The position numbers were made by a program, and so were the translations under genes. Of a stretch of 24,000 nt of DNA, positions 23,363-24,000 are shown piece after piece; positions within the stretch are counted from its first letter, which is position 1; every line of letters starts with the position of its first letter. The DNA comes from Veillonella sp. VA142 (GTDB lineage: Bacteria > Bacillota > Negativicutes > Veillonellales > Veillonellaceae). The stretch covers positions 1-24,000 of the forward strand of contig NZ_RQVN01000005.1 in NCBI RefSeq assembly GCF_003992135.1, written 5' to 3'. The notes under the pieces are model-generated. The model worked only from the letters and a program-made list of their open reading frames with translations, ran no database searches and was not told the DNA's origin.

Positions 23363-24000
23363 TGAATACAACTCGTATTCCAGTAGGTCAGAGGGGAATG
23401 TACATCCACATTCCCTTTTGCCGTCAAAAGTGTACCTACTGTGATTTCCCTTCGTACCAAGGTTTAGAAGACTATTTTGATGTGTACGCCTATGCGTTGC
23501 GACAAGAGATTGAATCTAGTCAATCCCTGTTGGGGACAAAGCCCTTCGATACGATTTACTTCGGCGGTGGAACACCGACTGTGTTGTCCATTAAGGAATT
23601 GAATCGTATATTAGAGACAGTGTACAAACAGTACACCATCAACAGCGATGTGGAAATTACTATAGAGGCAAATCCAGGTGAAGTAGACACACGGTACTTG
23701 CGACATTTATATGAGCTTGGCATCAACCGTATCAGCTTTGGTGTACAAACATTTCATGATGACCATTTGCGTATATTGCATCGCACTCATACAGCAAAGA
23801 TGGCACAGCAAGCTGTCCTAGATGCACATGAGGTAGGCTTCCGAAATATTAGCATTGATCAGATCTATGGATTACCTGGGCAAACATTGGAAGATATTTC
23901 TTATAATCTAGAGATTATTCAGTCTTTGCCCATAAATCATATCTCTATCTATGGTCTGCAAGTGGAACCTACTACCTTTTTGCATCGTCAAGTCATGGAC
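23362..24000 (+). CDS. hemW: Radical SAM heme chaperone HemW / HemN-like protein, 3'-truncated by the window end
   Basis: YIHIPFCRQKCTYCDF radical-SAM cluster and GGGTPT. The frame stays open to position 24000. The start overlaps the lepA stop (TAATG). lepA-hemN/hemW linkage is conserved in Firmicutes. Confidence 0.85.
   Translation, partial: MNTTRIPVGQRGMYIHIPFCRQKCTYCDFPSYQGLEDYFDVYAYALRQEIESSQSLLGTKPFDTIYFGGGTPTVLSIKELNRILETVYKQYTINSDVEITIEANPGEVDTRYLRHLYELGINRISFGVQTFHDDHLRILHRTHTAKMAQQAVLDAHEVGFRNISIDQIYGLPGQTLEDISYNLEIIQSLPINHISIYGLQVEPTTFLHRQVMD

Overview
Low-GC Firmicute-type chromosome; gene content and order look Negativicutes/Veillonella-like, but that is inference only. There are four blocks. 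(1) 1-3272 is the terminal part of an integrated prophage: the tail end of a structural ORF, two holin-like membrane proteins, a single-domain GH25 endolysin, a spanin-like locus with two fully overlapping ORFs in different frames, a small-peptide/antisense module, a small HTH protein, and a ~400 bp repeat-rich non-coding arm. This arm runs straight into the 3' end of the tmRNA gene. (2) 3273-3614 on the minus strand is ssrA (tmRNA), with its own promoter and terminator. (3) 3741-18290 is a very compact housekeeping array: sigH, secG, rnr, smpB, a PHP phosphoesterase, a P-loop/Asp23-like fusion, miaB, mutS, mutL, an RsmJ-like methyltransferase, miaA, and a YnbB-like PLP enzyme. (4) 18298-20321 is a visibly AT-richer ~2 kb islet of small orphan genes. 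It is subdivided by three near-identical copies of one terminator hairpin and is followed by mnmA, lepA and the 5' part of hemW. No CRISPR array, transposase, integrase or rRNA/tRNA gene is visible. The most unusual signals are: the dual-frame spanin-like locus; a type I toxin-antitoxin-like convergent promoter module; two motif families in the prophage arm and ssrA terminator; the hairpin-delimited cassette islet with a paralogous small-protein pair; and a promoter-to-terminator candidate sRNA. All functional calls come from motif recognition and reading the sequence. No database search was run.
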